Assembly: GCA_002633005.1 (NCBI GenBank)
Contig: NMRA01000590.1
Coordinates: forward strand, 54,343-118,342
DNA length: 64,000 bases
Source: Phoronis australis
Lineage: Eukaryota > Animalia > Phoronida
Direction of reading: 5' to 3'
The notes under the pieces were generated by a model. The model was not told the DNA's origin and ran no database searches. It saw only the letters and a list, made by a program, of their open reading frames with translations. The translations under genes were made by a program, and so were the position numbers. Shown here piece by piece: positions 37,939 through 51,662 of this stretch. Position 1 is the stretch's first letter. Each line of letters begins with the position of its first letter.

Positions 37939-39688
37939 TTTGATTTAGCAAGTTACCAGCAATGTTTATTTTAAATATGTGTTACCAATTGGTTGTCAAG
38001 GCTACATTCCTGGAAAGTGACCTTTAAGATTTTCAAACCCTTTCAAACGGTTTTGGTACAGCATAAACTCTGCATGGATAGTGAAGAACTGCATACATTA
38101 AATGGTGAGTACTTGATTTCAACATTGTGTTTTTGTCAATTTGATTGTTAAGTGACATTTATGTTTCACATGTGAATGAGTAGCGTTAGTCTTGCAAACA
38201 AAATGGAAGTTTTTTTAACGTATTCAATTGATTAAGGTTATGGAAGTTAAATAGTAGAGCACAGATTTCAAAATGAGTTGGGTTACACACTAAAACCTGC
38301 ATGTGCATGTAGTTGCCAAGACAATTGTCAGTTAATCGTGTTTCGACCTAACATATTTTATTTACTTTTATTTGAGACTTAAAAACACGTTTTTATGATT
38401 CTGTGTTAAAATTCTCAAATAAGAGCAATGAGAGAAAAGTAAATTTTTATTTTGGTTACATGAACTGAAACTAAATAATTGAGCTATAGGCACTAAGTAA
38501 GAGATGTATCGGATATTAGAGGTTTGCCATTGCCACCAGTCATCTACCCATATTGTCTCTGCAGTATGGTTTAATTAACTGTTCTGCTCATAGGACTAAA
38601 AATCAAACTTCAGGTATGAGTTTCCATTAGTGTAGCAAATAACCCACTTATTAATGCTCTTAGTCAAAAGCATATTAAATTTTCTAAAAACTATGGCTAA
38701 TTAAATAAGAAAGCATTCGTGTATTTCCTCAATACAAAATTCAAATTAACTTAATACTTTATTTGATACCCTCTAACTGGATATTTTTCAACTTTTTAGT
38801 ACAGAAGAAGACTTTGAAAATATGCACGATGAAGTGAAAAGACTATAACTCTTGGGAGCTAATGTCCAATGACCTACCAACACTGTGCCGGTCATCAGTT
38901 CCTGTTGTGGACAGATAACTCAAATTAATGGATTACATCAAGTCTCAGTGCTCTGAAAAGTGCGGACTCCAGAGTTCTGCAGAGACCATGAAAGGCTGTA
39001 CAATGCCGACATTTAAAGATCTGGTATCACATGTGGACCGTGCTTTTCAGACAACAAATATTTTGGTGCTATAGCTTTGTATGCCTGAAATTATCATTTT
39101 TTATCTTATCGCCTATATTTATTTAGCTAACTGGATATAAAATACTCATTTACCCTTCAACGTATGGATGTGTTCAACTAAGTTCATAGTGTCATATGAT
39201 TATTTCATGTAGAGGCTCAGCATAAAAATTATGAAAAAACAACCTACAATTAGTCAGCATTATATTCTTCAAAATGTTTACAAAGGCTGCTACTTCTCAA
39301 ATGCCTAAGGCTCTGTTTTTGTTTTTCTTTGACTGATGCTGTATGATAATTGTAATACTTGTGCAAGTTTCGATTTAAGGTTTCAAAATGTTCAGTTGTC
39401 TATGATTTGATTGTATTCATGCATGCCAGGTTGTTGAATGAAGATTGTGAACTATTCTTATCTCTTGAACAGGTTAACAACAATATATCATATTTTTGAA
39501 AGAGTTAATTTATTATAGAAAATACTTGAAATTCAAATTATTCTGTATAGTTAGAAAAATTGAATGGTGTGACGAAAACAACTCACGAGCGCAGAGCGAA
39601 CAAAGACCGGCAGCGGGCGAGGCCCGCCCCCCCCCGGCCCTGGCCGCTGGGCTCCTGCTGGAATGAAATGTTTACATACATGTATGGG

Positions 39689-40186
39689 CACCGCAGTATA
39701 TATTTTACTGAATCATAGACGAATTTTTAATTTTGCTTTTTCAATTTGACGCTATTAAATGGACCTACACTTTGACAACGACACGACGTTGGACCGACGT
39801 CGGACTCAGCACAACCGTGATTTCTCGCACCGGCGTCGCACCCGCGTCGGCCCAACGTCAAACGTGCCCGACGCTGAGCCAGCATTGGTTCGACGTCAAG
39901 ACTGAACAATACTCAAAGAAGGACAAATAGGCTGACTTATGCACGGCAGTAAATATTTTTCTGAATCATAGACGGATTTTTAATTTTCCTTTTTCAATTA
40001 AATGGACCTACACTTTTGACAACGACACGACGTTGGACCGACGTCGGACTGAGCACCACATATGATTTCTGGCACCGCGTCGCACCCGCGTCGGCCCAAC
40101 GTCAAATGTGCCCGACGCTGAGCCAACGTTGGTCCGACGTCAAGACTTAACAATACTCAAACTGACAAATAGGTTGACTTATGCAC
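39689..40186. repeat. ~250-bp tandem duplication in the EnSpm subterminal region
   Basis: About 39689-39944 and 39942-40186 share CTGAATCATAGAC...GGACCTACAC...CGTTGGACCGACGTCGGACT...TGACTTATGCAC. Confidence 0.9.
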
Positions 40187-40365
40187 TGTAACTATAAAAA
40201 ATAATATCGCAAGCGTCGAATTTACTTGGAAGTGTAAAACAGGCTTTTAAAGGCATTATCTCGTAGACCGCCGACCAACGTCGGACCAACGTCAAAAAAC
40301 TGACCGCGACCTATCGACCTCGAGCCAACGAAAAGAGACGTCGGTCCAACGTTGCCATCTGGGGA

Positions 40366-40890
40366 GCGTCCTCAGCCGAGTCTCGAGAATCTAACGGGGA
40401 AGACGACGCGACAGTCGCGTCATCTGGGATGTTCTGAGGGGACGGCCACCACTCGATCCGCGCAACGAGTGCCGAAAGTGCCCCAAGCTGACTGGTCCAA
40501 CCTGTCTGTTAGTGCCACCAGAGCCCGCCAGTAAAGGAGGCACGGTGAGGCGTCCGGAGCGGATTCCGAACTCGTCAGGAACCACCACCCCGACAACGCG
40601 ACATAAGGTGCGTGCCGCTTCCTCCAGCTCCGCAGGCCACTCAGTGATTCGTCGCATCTCCCGCAGCGTTGCTGCGAATGACGCCAGTTCGTAGGCGTCG
40701 CCGCCGAGCCCAAACAGCTCGGACAATACTTCAAGCGCCTGGCGCCGTGCAACCGAGACCTCCGTTAAATTGCCTTGCAAGACCGGCGCAAAGAGATCGA
40801 ACAGGTGCTGCAAGTGCCGCGCGTAGACGGGCCCTTTCAACTTTCGCGTGCGCACCTTGCATCCCGCACGAGGACAAGCGCTGTCCCAAA
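40366..40890 (-). pseudogene. Upstream part of the GC-rich decayed ORF, with a Zn-finger-like start
   Basis: CPRAGCKVRTRKLKGPVYARHL, then a helical region, then after a frameshift PDASPCLLYWRALVAL. Confidence 0.45.
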
Positions 40891-42085
40891 TTTATGTCGC
40901 TGAGCAGAAGGTCAGCGCAACAGTGTATAAACCAGTTTGTGGAAGTTTCTCACGAAGTCCGTGTCCCCCAAGTTACCTAGCAGACGTTTTCCAATTCAAA
41001 TTAAATTCTTCCCAACAAGAAAAATCCCAGTAAATTGCCATTGCAGGAAGTTGCAGTTACCTCTGATGTTACGAAGTTGCGCCATGGAACTCCCTTTAAA
41101 TGCTTTCAAGTAGATATCAGATGTATGTCATGTGTTATGTGGGAGCCTTTATTGCCAAATCAAACTACATGTGACATAACTGTAACAGAAATTTCATCTT
41201 TAAGTAAGTAAACCCGGACAAACCCTGGAAAAAAGTGACGTAACACACTTTTGGACATACCCTGGGGTCCTTGTCAGATTTGTAATATACATGTAGGTTA
41301 TAAATTCGATCTTACACTCCTTATAAGTATTCCTGCCAAAAACATTCAAATCTCACTTGAGAAAAAGAACAAAGTATCTCAGATTGTACTAAAAACTGTC
41401 GTTAATTTCTGGGATGACCTGTATCAAGTGTTTTTAGACTGTGATGTGTTAATCATTACATTCAGTAATTGTCAAGTGGGAACGCAATACTTAAGGATGT
41501 CTAACAAAACACTTTATCTTCGTTCTAGGGGAAATTCAAGTACGAAATACATACCGTGTAACGAGAAAAAAGATTTAGTAACACCTTGGAACTGTACAAA
41601 CGCATGAAAATTTGTTTACTACTTATTCAAGGTCAAAGGTTACAGGGTTTTGACTCAATCGAATCTCTCGCAAGGCACGGAGTAGCTCCGTAAGCACCTT
41701 CACTCTGGGAATTCACCGAGTCGCCATAATATTGAGGCAACAGCATGTACATTAGATAGAAAGATGACGGGGAAAACGAAGACAAAACGTAGTTTTGATC
41801 CTAAGGGACTTGTGTGTCTGCATGCATACAACTGTTGAGAACGAATGCTACCAGTTGCCTCTGTGATTTTATGTCCACGAACAAAACAAGTTGTCAAAAC
41901 AGATAAATCCTCAACCAAGTTCTTTAATTTGATAGGTAATTTGACATTTGATCTCATGCTCACGATCAGCTTTAACCACCAACTCGATTTCTGCTATTTA
42001 TTTCGTACTTGGGAATCATTTCAGTCTCCCGACGCGTGGTGTGTACATGTACAGTGTATAGCAATTGACAGATGACCTAGTTTAA

Positions 42086-42522
42086 AGTGAACCACAATGC
42101 ACCAACTTGACCCATTTAATAAATAGTCCTTTTGCGAGTTTATACCAATAACGCCAGATTATGTGAGACTTAACTGTGACGTCACGGGAAGTGGAGCAAA
42201 AGCTTGTCGTTTGGCCGTTTGCCCAATACGGTAGCACAGTTTATTATGTTATTTCTTCGAGTTTTTAGCCGTTTTGTTCGAAAAATGCCAAACAAGCATT
42301 GCTGTTATGGCAAATGAAATTCAGATTCGCACTTCAATACGTTCTATCGCGTTCTGTGCTAATTTCGTCCTGTGTATTTTAAACGGGCGGTAGGCGAAAA
42401 TTCGTCAAAAATAAATTCTACACCTAAAATTATTACCTAAAATTGAGCTTACTTTCTTCAGTGATTCTTTGTGCTTCTAAACATATCTGGCGAAGAATCC
42501 CAACTCCACTTTGTGGTTACTG
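42086..42522 (+). mobile_element. 437-bp TTAA-flanked element (Kolobok-like) carrying a THAP start
   Basis: TTAA at 42082-42085 and 42523-42526. Imperfect TIR AGTGAACCACAA / TTGTGGTTACTG. ATG at 42285 gives MPNKHCCYGK*NSDS. Confidence 0.5.
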
Positions 42523-45500
42523 TTAAAGCCCTTCTTACATGGTTAGAGGATGTTATAAGGATCCAAGAAGTACCTAACCCATAACTAATACACGATCCGT
42601 ACTCGAAAAAAGTTTAATGAACGCGCCACTCACGATTCGCACCCGAAGAACCACCGCCATTTTGAACTTGCCGCGAACACGGAAGTACAATTCATTCAGG
42701 AACCCAGGCCGAGAAAACGCCATCAGTGCGACTGGAGCAGTGCCTGTACTGTTACCAGCCAGCAAACGGGGATAAAGTAATCGACAGCGCGCCTTAATTT
42801 TAATAAAATCAGACTACGGACAATTTTATCGAATTTGCTGAAGAAATGAGGCGAATAAATTTTGACAGAAATTATTTTGCCAGACTCGGGACCGCAGCCT
42901 ATCGGACCCGGTGCGGATCGAGACCAGACACTGGCGAACGGTAAATGCATGCGGTTGCAAGCTGTTTTGTCGAAGTAAAATGGTCAAATCATAAATGCTG
43001 CATACGTGTATATTCAAGGGTAGTTTCAGACACTTGCATGAAATTACGGGCTGGTTAGTCCTGTGTCACACTCCCGCGGCAGACCTTAGTTAGCCTCAGT
43101 CACCAGCTACCAGTGAAGACTATCGTCAGCTTGTTAGTAGGCCTATACAGCTTTGCGCCAAGGCCTAACTGGTCGCTGGCCACAGCGCTCGCTCAAACGA
43201 GGTTTTTTTAGAACTTGGGTACTTCTGGCGAACTGTGCAAAGTTGTTGGCTTTCAATAGAGATTTTCCCAGACTTTGTATGAGCGCACCAAGCCTAAAAG
43301 AATGGGGGGCTGGAATTTTTGGGAATGTCTATCTTTTACTATAAGATACAGTGGGTATGTTCAGTGCTATGAACTGCAGACTCTAAATTTTGGTACTTCC
43401 TGTCTTCTAGTGGAATATTGTCTCATTTTCTACTTTTTTCGGAATTCGTGCTTCTGTGACTGAGGCAGACCTTTTTCCAGTTCTCCAAAAAGGGGGCTCG
43501 TTCGAGCACATAAGTATGACAAGTCCAATACAACATGTTATCATTTTTATTCATTAACCCAAAATGATTCAAACTTTTAACATAATAAGTAACTTAAAAT
43601 GCAAAATACTTTACAACATTTAGCATTACAAACACTATTCAACAGCAACAGTTTCCATGATATGAAAGTGGACATACATGTAACTATTACCATGGTGACG
43701 GAATTGTGTTTCCTTACACCAGAAAATATGAAGTTGCAAGGAACAAGAATTAGATTTTTGAAGCTTCACAATCCAACATACAGACTGTAGCTTATTTCTC
43801 AAATTCAGATTATTCATATTGTTGACTTGATAACCTGAATTAAGAAGCAATAAGTTACAAAACATGACTTGAAAGCAATTGAAACTTAAAATTTAGAAAA
43901 ATATGAATCATTTTGTGACACCGAATCAAGTCTTGAACAGCAGTTGACAGTCAAACAAAAAACCATTTCAAAATTATTTCAACTATTTTTAGCTTAGTGT
44001 AAGATCACCTGAATGGGAAATTTACAGTAAACTATATATTTTTGCCCAAAAACACGAGAATTGAACAAAGTTTCTTTTTTGTAGCAACGTTTGTCAAAAT
44101 GTACCAACGTTAAGTCTTCACAAATTACAAAGTAGCCGATTGAACATGCCTTTCAGTTCAGGAAAAGTCGCCAATTTGTCGGTGCCGCCAGAAATGAGAC
44201 GAAATCCAACGGGAATTGTGAGCACATTTATCACTTAATGAGTAACAACTGCGAGGCTGAAATTTGGTGAACACTGTTAAATCGTGCAGAATAGTAAGTA
44301 AAGATATGTCTAACTAAATTTCACCGTAATTTGTAGGCGAAAACAATTTACACAAAGTTTTAAACTCGTAACTTATCCCGCTGTCCTCCAATATAGCCGA
44401 CGCGATCCAAACAAAGTGATCCTAATTTCGCCACAAAACTTGCAATAACTTTACACTGCTTGCCCCGATTTTGATACCTCTTCGATTTTTACTGAGTAGA
44501 ATGCATTACCTTTCCGATGATAGCAAAGTACTTTTTCAAAACAAGAAAAAAAAATAATAAAACCGAAAAAATAGGTTCGACCCATATTGGTTCCTAGGTT
44601 CGACCGGCCTACGTAAGGAACTAAACACTAATGCTATTTTAACATACTAAGTACGCGTAACATTCCAAAAAAACATCAACGACCACTAACTACAAACTAT
44701 AAATACACTACATATGCAAACGAATCACGAGATATAAACTAACAAAACAAAATAATGAAGACTTTTCGAGGAAGCGATAGCACATTCAGTTACAAGGAAG
44801 AAATAGCGGCTTTCAGGACAAGTTCCTGAACTGATGAGCCGGAAATGTGGGTACGGAAATAAGCGATGACAACCGGTAATCATACGCTCAGAGAGAAGGG
44901 TCAAATACTGTTCAAATTTCGCTTTTGGCAAGAAAGGCTAAAAGAATATAACGAAAGGGTGTCGAAAATAAGATTTTATGTAGTAAGTATTTTCGGATAC
45001 TGGAACCACATGGGCAGTTTGAGAGAAGGACTTTAACTATGAACGCGCGCGCGATAACCACAAAGTATTTCAACTGAGTCAGGTGAGTATGAGGCAAAGG
45101 CTATCGCGAGACTGAGCCTAGCGCGAGACTTGGCGCGTGACCTGGCGTGTGAAACTTGCAAAATAGCATGAGATAATATCAAGTGAAATTTGTAAGACTT
45201 GTGTCCCTTGGACTTTTTGTTCGTCAACAGGCGTGATTTGACTAAATTCCTCAAAATGGCGCCCAGTGAGAGAAACTCGAGCAAATCGCGAGGTTTTCAT
45301 GGACATGTTCAAGTTATTTGTAGACTAAATTGTATCCTGGCAGAGTCAGGGTATGTGTTAATTATAATTCCACGTGTACATTTGCATGTTTCATTTGATT
45401 TTACTTGCTGGATTTTGAAATGAGTAACTTTTTATGGGGATACACTATTGCCCCTGTATGCCTGCGGAATTCAGACCAAGACCGGCCGGGTTGAGTTTCT

Positions 45501-45830
45501 ATTTCAGTCCGTTCACACCTTCGCACAACATAACAAGTTCACATTTTATTCGTCCATTCACAGTTATTCCACGATCCATGTACCATCTCTTAAGTTGTGT
45601 TAACGTTTTAAGCGTAAAATACACCGTAGCAACTCCAGTAAGATTTAGCGTGTGTAGCAAAGACTCGGGGCAAAACAAGAGCAATATGGCGGGTTTTGCC
45701 CCCCTTCCGGTTACGTCACATTGACTAACGAGAAACTCGCAAGTGAGCTATTGGCTACTCCCGCAAGACCTAGTTGGACTCGATGCATTGGAAATCGACT
45801 TCGCAGATCAGACGTTTTTGTGGTAATTAA

Positions 45831-45886
45831 GAGCAATTCCATATAAAAACCAGATGGTGGGCTATATATGCAAAATCACCAATTTT
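45831..45886 (+). repeat. Orphan 56-bp transposon terminus, identical to 48057-48112
   Basis: TTAA|GAGCAATTCCATATAAAAACCAGATGGTGGGCTATATATGCAAAATCACCAATTTT is present twice in direct orientation. Confidence 0.9.
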
Positions 45887-45887
45887 A

Positions 45888-45960
45888 AATGAAAACTTAA
45901 GTTTTTCAGACCAAAAACTTAAGTTTTTCGATGAAAACTTAAGTTCATTTTTGTAAGGGT
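45888..45960. repeat. Three AAAACTTAAGTT palindromic units ending TTTTGTAAGGG (probable transposon end)
   Basis: AAAACTTAAGTT repeated three times at 21-bp spacing. Confidence 0.6.
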
Positions 45961-47054
45961 ACTAATAACGGTATAACAGAAAACTAGAATACAAATGTCG
46001 AGAATATAAAAAACAAGAACAAAACGAACTGGAAGTAAAGGTAACTAGAACTAATGACTAGAAACTGACGCCTGCAACAACAGACCTGCGAACGGGAGGG
46101 GACCGGCGGCAATAAAAGACCTGACCTAAGAGGCAAATTTACCAACACGCCACCAGCATCATCATTACAGTGCCCATCAATACCATCAAAGTCACCCCTA
46201 TTACCATCTCGGTCACTACTTTTACCACCACAGTCACCACTTTTAATATAACAATCACCGATTTTATCGCCACAGACCCTACAACCTACCCAGTCTACAC
46301 CAGTACTAACGCCATCACCATTTTACCACCAGTCACTGGCACTGGCATCACAGTTACCTTTGATTAGTATAACATACATTCCTGCTGTTAGTGGCGATAT
46401 GGGGGGGACTCCACCGAAGAGATTTAAATTGCTGCGTCTTTGGAACAAACTAGTAAGGTGGCACTGAATTGTTAGGCTGAGGCCGCGGCTAATTTGCACT
46501 ACCAAAATATTAAAATTTTAGGGAAGGCCATGTTTGGGGGCATTTTGTAGGTGGGCATTGCATGTAGGCTCAATGAATGTGGTTTGTTTGCATTTGTGAA
46601 CATGCTGAGAATACAAAAGGCCTCTTTCTCGGCTGTAGCTGCACTCCTCTTCAAGATGGCGGCCCCCGGTTGCAATTGTGCATTACTTGGTAGCGACTGA
46701 GAAATTGGCTGCGATTTTAGGTAGACCTTAAACAAGCCAAAATTGCCAAAAAAAAATAATTAATTGATAGTACTTTGTACCACATTTTCGGAATCTGTAA
46801 GAAATTTGCTTTCAGAATCTATTGTTGGTTTTAGTTGTGCATCGGCAGGGAAGTGGTGTTTTAGGGGTGAAAAGTGCCGATTTTGCACTTTTTTGCCATT
46901 ATTTTTCTTAGTCTAGCTTGGTTTTCAGTGGGATTGAAGGGGTCAAAAATACAAGAGAGAATGAAGTTTCTGCACTCATCTTCAAGGCTTTTTATGTGAA
47001 ATAACTGAAAACATGTCATTCTTTGCATCCTGTTTTTGCCAGAGTTAAGAAAAG

Positions 47055-47727
47055 GTGACCAATCAAGCGAGAACTGTTCTGTGCCTCCTAACCACAAGTG
47101 GTGATAGGTTACTGGAGAAAGTATTTCTAAGGGACTACTCTGTTGGTAGAAAGGGTCGGATAGACGGAATCAAAAATGTGTTTAACATAACTGGAATGCA
47201 ATTCTGTTTTCCAAATTTGAGTACTTGTAACATAGTAGATGCTAGAAAAAATATTTGAATATGCGAAACATGTTTGGACTGAATCTGTTGTAACAAAACC
47301 CAAGTTAAGAACCTACGTTTTATTTAAGCACGAGTTTTTAACTGAGCCTTACGTAAAGATAATTTTATCTCGTTCCGAGCGATGTCTTCTGGCTCAGCTT
47401 AGAACAGGAAATCTCCCATTGGACTTGGAAACTGGTCCTTATGTAGACACTCCTGTAAGTGAAAGACTTTGCTTGTGTTGAGATTCTGGTTCTGTGGAGG
47501 ATGAGCTACATTTTGTGTTTGATTGTTCTCTTTATAACTCACGGAGGTCTATTCAGTTTAATAATGTTTCACTTCAAAATCTTAACTTTTCAGATTTTAG
47601 AAGATTAAATACGTTAAAACTGCTGTTTCAGTATTTTACTAGGCAATTTGCCAAATACATGAAGTCTGCCTTTGAACTTAGAAACCGATGCCTTTATGGT
47701 AGGCCCACATCTGAGTTGTATGGTTAA
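47055..47727 (+). mobile_element. 3' fragment of a non-LTR retrotransposon ORF2 (C-terminal CCHC region)
   Basis: KPKLRTYVLFK...LAQLRTGNLPLDLETG...ERLCLC*...EDELHFVFDCSLY. Contains stops and frameshifts. Confidence 0.85.
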
Positions 47728-48056
47728 AGNAGAACCAAATGTTGTCACCGCCTCATTACATGTTGTCAATGGTTAAGGGGATTTAGTAACCAAAATTTCT
47801 GAGGATGGGAGGGGCTCAGCACCAATGTGGCACATCCTTTGGTTTTTACCTGTTTTGCACTCCTCCCATGCACCACCCTGGGAGGGTATCAACACCCATT
47901 TTGCGCAAACCTGGTTTTTATCTATTTTGCACTCTCCCTATGTAGCCCCGTTCCGCTGGCACGTGGGGGCAACTGCACCCTGAACCCCCAGGAGCAATCA
48001 CTAAAATTACGGAATCCATGGAGGTAAGGTATCAAATGTAACAGTAGGAGCCTTAA

Positions 48057-50195
48057 GAGCAATTCCATATAAAAACCAGATGGTGGGCTATATATGCAAA
48101 ATCACCAATTTTTTGAAACTTAGCACATCAGCTGGCCTTGTCAAAAGAAACCTGAGCCTGAATTTTTAAGAGTTTCCGAGTTTTTTTAACCCTTTTTACG
48201 ACCACTTTGTACTTTTTCCGAAAAATAGTAAATAATAGTACTTGGAAGTAGGTAACTTTTTGTCAGCAACAACACATCATCGCTTCACGCTATAGAAGAA
48301 GATAACTATATAGCAGAAAGAAGAAAGAATAACGTACAAGAAAAACTAGTTCGGATGGATTTTTTGATTTTTTATGTCCTCCCATTTTAGCCTACAAAAA
48401 TATCATTTTCACTGCTTATTATTAAGGTCATTTTTACGCATTTTTATCACTCTCCCAAATCTATATCGGATTCTTTTGGAACATGAGTTAACTTTCAGCT
48501 GTTACTGCTGTCTTTGTTCAGCCCAACGCAAGAATAAAAAATCTTGTCTCTTTCATAGTTTTTGTGCTGTCAGTTTTTTACATAACTCACTTACACACTT
48601 TTCTGCCAATCTGTGACTGTCAGTTTGATTAAAATACTCTAGGAGGCGCTACTCGATTGTGCAATTATCCATCGACCAAGATGCCAAATAGAACAAATAT
48701 CATTTGTTTGCTACATTAGTGACAAAGGAGATCATGGGAAGCTGTATGAGAGACTTTTTCTTCGCGGATTTTCAGTTTTGCTGGTGCAAAAATAAAAATT
48801 TGTTATAGGATTACAGAAATCAAAAAAGTCAATTTTAATGTACTTATGAGTTAATAATACAACCCCATCACCATCTCATACTCCAGAGAAGCACTTTTTA
48901 TTCTTATTAAGGGTGCCCATTACCCATTGCTTGGCCAGTTTTCAAACACCGTAACTGACTAAGAATCCCACGCACTGCCTGCAGTGCATGCTGGTCCATT
49001 TTCAGACCTCCTGGACAAATCCCTGTATATGCGCATGAAAAAGTCCTCTAAAACTAATAGCAAAATTCATACTAAAACTAATCAAGATCTTCGAGATCAC
49101 GTGAAAAGAGGACGTTGGATACGAGGAGAAGTGTCGTGTTATTGGACATACAATGTGTCACGCAATTCTTCTTGTACTACACAAAAGCGGCGGAGCATGG
49201 TGGCAGTGCGCCAGTGGAATTTGCAATTTCAGAAAAATAAGAGGTACGGATATTTACGACTGAAAACATAATACTTTCAGTGATATCCAAGATACCGGCT
49301 TTCCAAACCAGTATTTAAGCATTTGGGTGTTGTTGCGACTTACCAGCTAAAAGTTTCACAATATGTATATTCCGTTCATGCGGGGGACTCAAAACCACAG
49401 TTTCTTGAAGGTATGCTAGGTTTAGTGTATGATGCCTTTCTACACAACACTTCAAAAAACTGCAACTCTGTTTGAAGAAAACAAGAGCTACTGAAACACA
49501 AAGTCTTTTTATTTTGCTCAGTACACATGTCTAAGATAGACGTTTCTCAAAACTAGATAATCACTCCAGACCTATAAAAATCTCAGTAGTTTCAAGAGAA
49601 TCAATCATGTAAAAAGTATGCTTTACGAGTCTCAAACTGAACATAAAACAAAAAACGCTAGTAAAAAGTGACAGAAGATTTCAATGTTGACCATCAGTGG
49701 CTTGGATTATTTTCCCCAAACAGCCACCACTCAAATCTCTCCCCCATGGAAGCCCCTAATTTGCGTCATCTTCCATTTTTTTCCAATTTTGCCCAGGGTG
49801 GACCCCAGTCCCCTAGCTACGATAATGATGATCACAACAATATCGTAAGAATAGACAACAACTAAAACATGTTCATAATATCCTACAGTTTATGACGATA
49901 ACTCATTCATGACTTCAAGCTCCAACTCATTCATTGAGGCAAACTCGTGGGCAGCAGCAGCATCAGCATCTTCAATATTCTGAATATTTCCGATTCGAGA
50001 CGCGGTAACCATACGGGAAAAAATCCAGCAATCTGCTACTCCGACAGCCACTCTTCAGAGGAGAAAAATTTTCTTTGCTTATTCCTGGCTTCTCGCATCA
50101 TCTTTACAACCTCAGCTGGCTGTTGTTTTCTGCCTGACTGAGTGACTGTTCAGTGATTTTTCATTTTCATATGGAATTTTTATATGGAATCATTA
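48057..50195 (-). mobile_element. Internally deleted Sola3-like DNA transposon
   Basis: TTAA flanks (48053-48056 and 50196-50199) and a GAG terminus. ATTCCATATAAAAA is inverted at the same offset at both ends. Minus-strand remnant SGRKQQPAEVVKMMREAR...FFSSEEWLSE*QIAGFF (about 50000-50140) resembles Sola3 transposase C-termini. Confidence 0.6.
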
Positions 50196-51662
50196 TTAAC
50201 CCTTGCAAATTTACAAAAGGTGTATGTGTTTCGAAACAATGCCTACAAAATGGTGATCTTTATGGAAGCTCTTTTCAAGTGCTACGATATTTTTAGGGTT
50301 GAGCCCAGCATCACTGGTACATAAAATATTGTTAAAGACGCACTAGGGTTGCTTAATTTGGGCCACCTGGCGCATTGGAATTGTGTCGATATAGAATGAG
50401 GTACTGTATCTACAGTATAGGTTCTCCAAATCAAATTTGAAGTCCTGTGGGCCAACTGACATATTTGTCTACGATGATCCCTGAAGTGCCGTTGTTTCTA
50501 AATGAGTGTGTATCCTGCCTAGTTTTCCAGCTGCACCTCCCCGACAAGAAGTCCGTTACCGAACACAGAGTCCCCACCAGACAAGCATTCAACAAGTTTC
50601 CAAAGGTCATTCTGGCAATGGACAGACATAGGTGGTGCAAGAGATTCCTCCACTTCCGCAATAAAGATTGACCGAGAGAGGGGAGTTCGGACACTGTGGA
50701 TCCGCCCCCACTGGGACACGTTGGTCTCCCGGGCACGAAAAATGTCCGATAGATGTGCAGTAATTGTTCGAGTCATCACCGAACCGGACCAATGATTACC
50801 TAGATATGAATATATCATCCAACCAGAGGCCACTTTACAATAGTCAAGGCATCATGGATGCTCGACTAACTACATATAAAAACTAACATAATCACTTCTA
50901 TAGCACTGTAACTGCAAATACATGCATAACTGTTTTACATGTATACTATGCGACAGCTCTACACTGACTGGTACTCGTGGCCTAGACAACCATGTGTGAC
51001 GTACATGTAGATGTATTATTAGCCATCTCTTACCTATAAATTGTCACTTCTTCACTACACAGCCACAGGACTGGGCCATAGTACCTTTAGGCCCATTTTT
51101 CCAAATGGGGAGCTCCTTCGAGCCCCCGTGTACCCCCTCTGTGCGCACATGAAAAATGTGTCCCTCTGTTTTCAGCTTCAGAACCTGCTTCAATTGCAAA
51201 ATGTACCAGTAGCTTAAACAAATGTCTTTTTACGCGTAAGAAGGAGGGAATGTTTAGCAGATACCATTGTCAATTATTAACACCAGTTCAACGATTTTGA
51301 ATTAGGAAGGTTGGTTAAAAGAAGAGCAGGCGGTCTGGTGTGTTTTGCAGTGCACCGGACGTGAGCAAGCCTCATGGCTGTGCCCATTGTTCAGAACACC
51401 TTAGCTAAAACTCACTAGAACTCTGTTATTGATCAACAGGCTGTTCGTCAAGGAAGTTTTCAAGTGGGCCTGTCTCCTTTAAGAAAACGAATTAGGGTTT
51501 TCCAATTGATGCTATGTACTAAATGCTGTAGACATGTAATTGTGCTATCGGGTGCTGTACCTTACTCCTTAGATTATGGATCTAATTCACGCGGCGGACA
51601 TTAAACTCCAAAGCGAGGCTCACTGCGATAAACAAAGCTGAAGTTGACATTGCGTGAGTTAA

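Larger units (their letters stand above)
33664..40363. mobile_element. CMC-EnSpm (CACTA-like, CCCAG-ended) DNA transposon, 6700 bp, decayed
   Basis: Termini CCCAGATAGCA / TTGCCATCTGGG. 2-bp TSD GA (33662-33663 and 40364-40365). Dense subterminal CCAACGTCGG/TTGGTCCGACG repeats at 33680-34040 and 39780-40355. Minus-strand remnants YADVYFTDEGSIEVVPMCW (about 36330-36390) and LKYAGDRDGDRR (about 35905-35942) resemble the EnSpm accessory ORF. Confidence 0.85.

Noticed and set aside
46170-46367. Thr-rich mucin-like ORF
   Set aside because: Low-complexity ACC-rich tract with no ATG start and no convincing splice sites.
50431-50833. Overlapping ORFs, one Cys-rich
   Set aside because: No recognisable domain in any frame, and no consistent exon boundaries.
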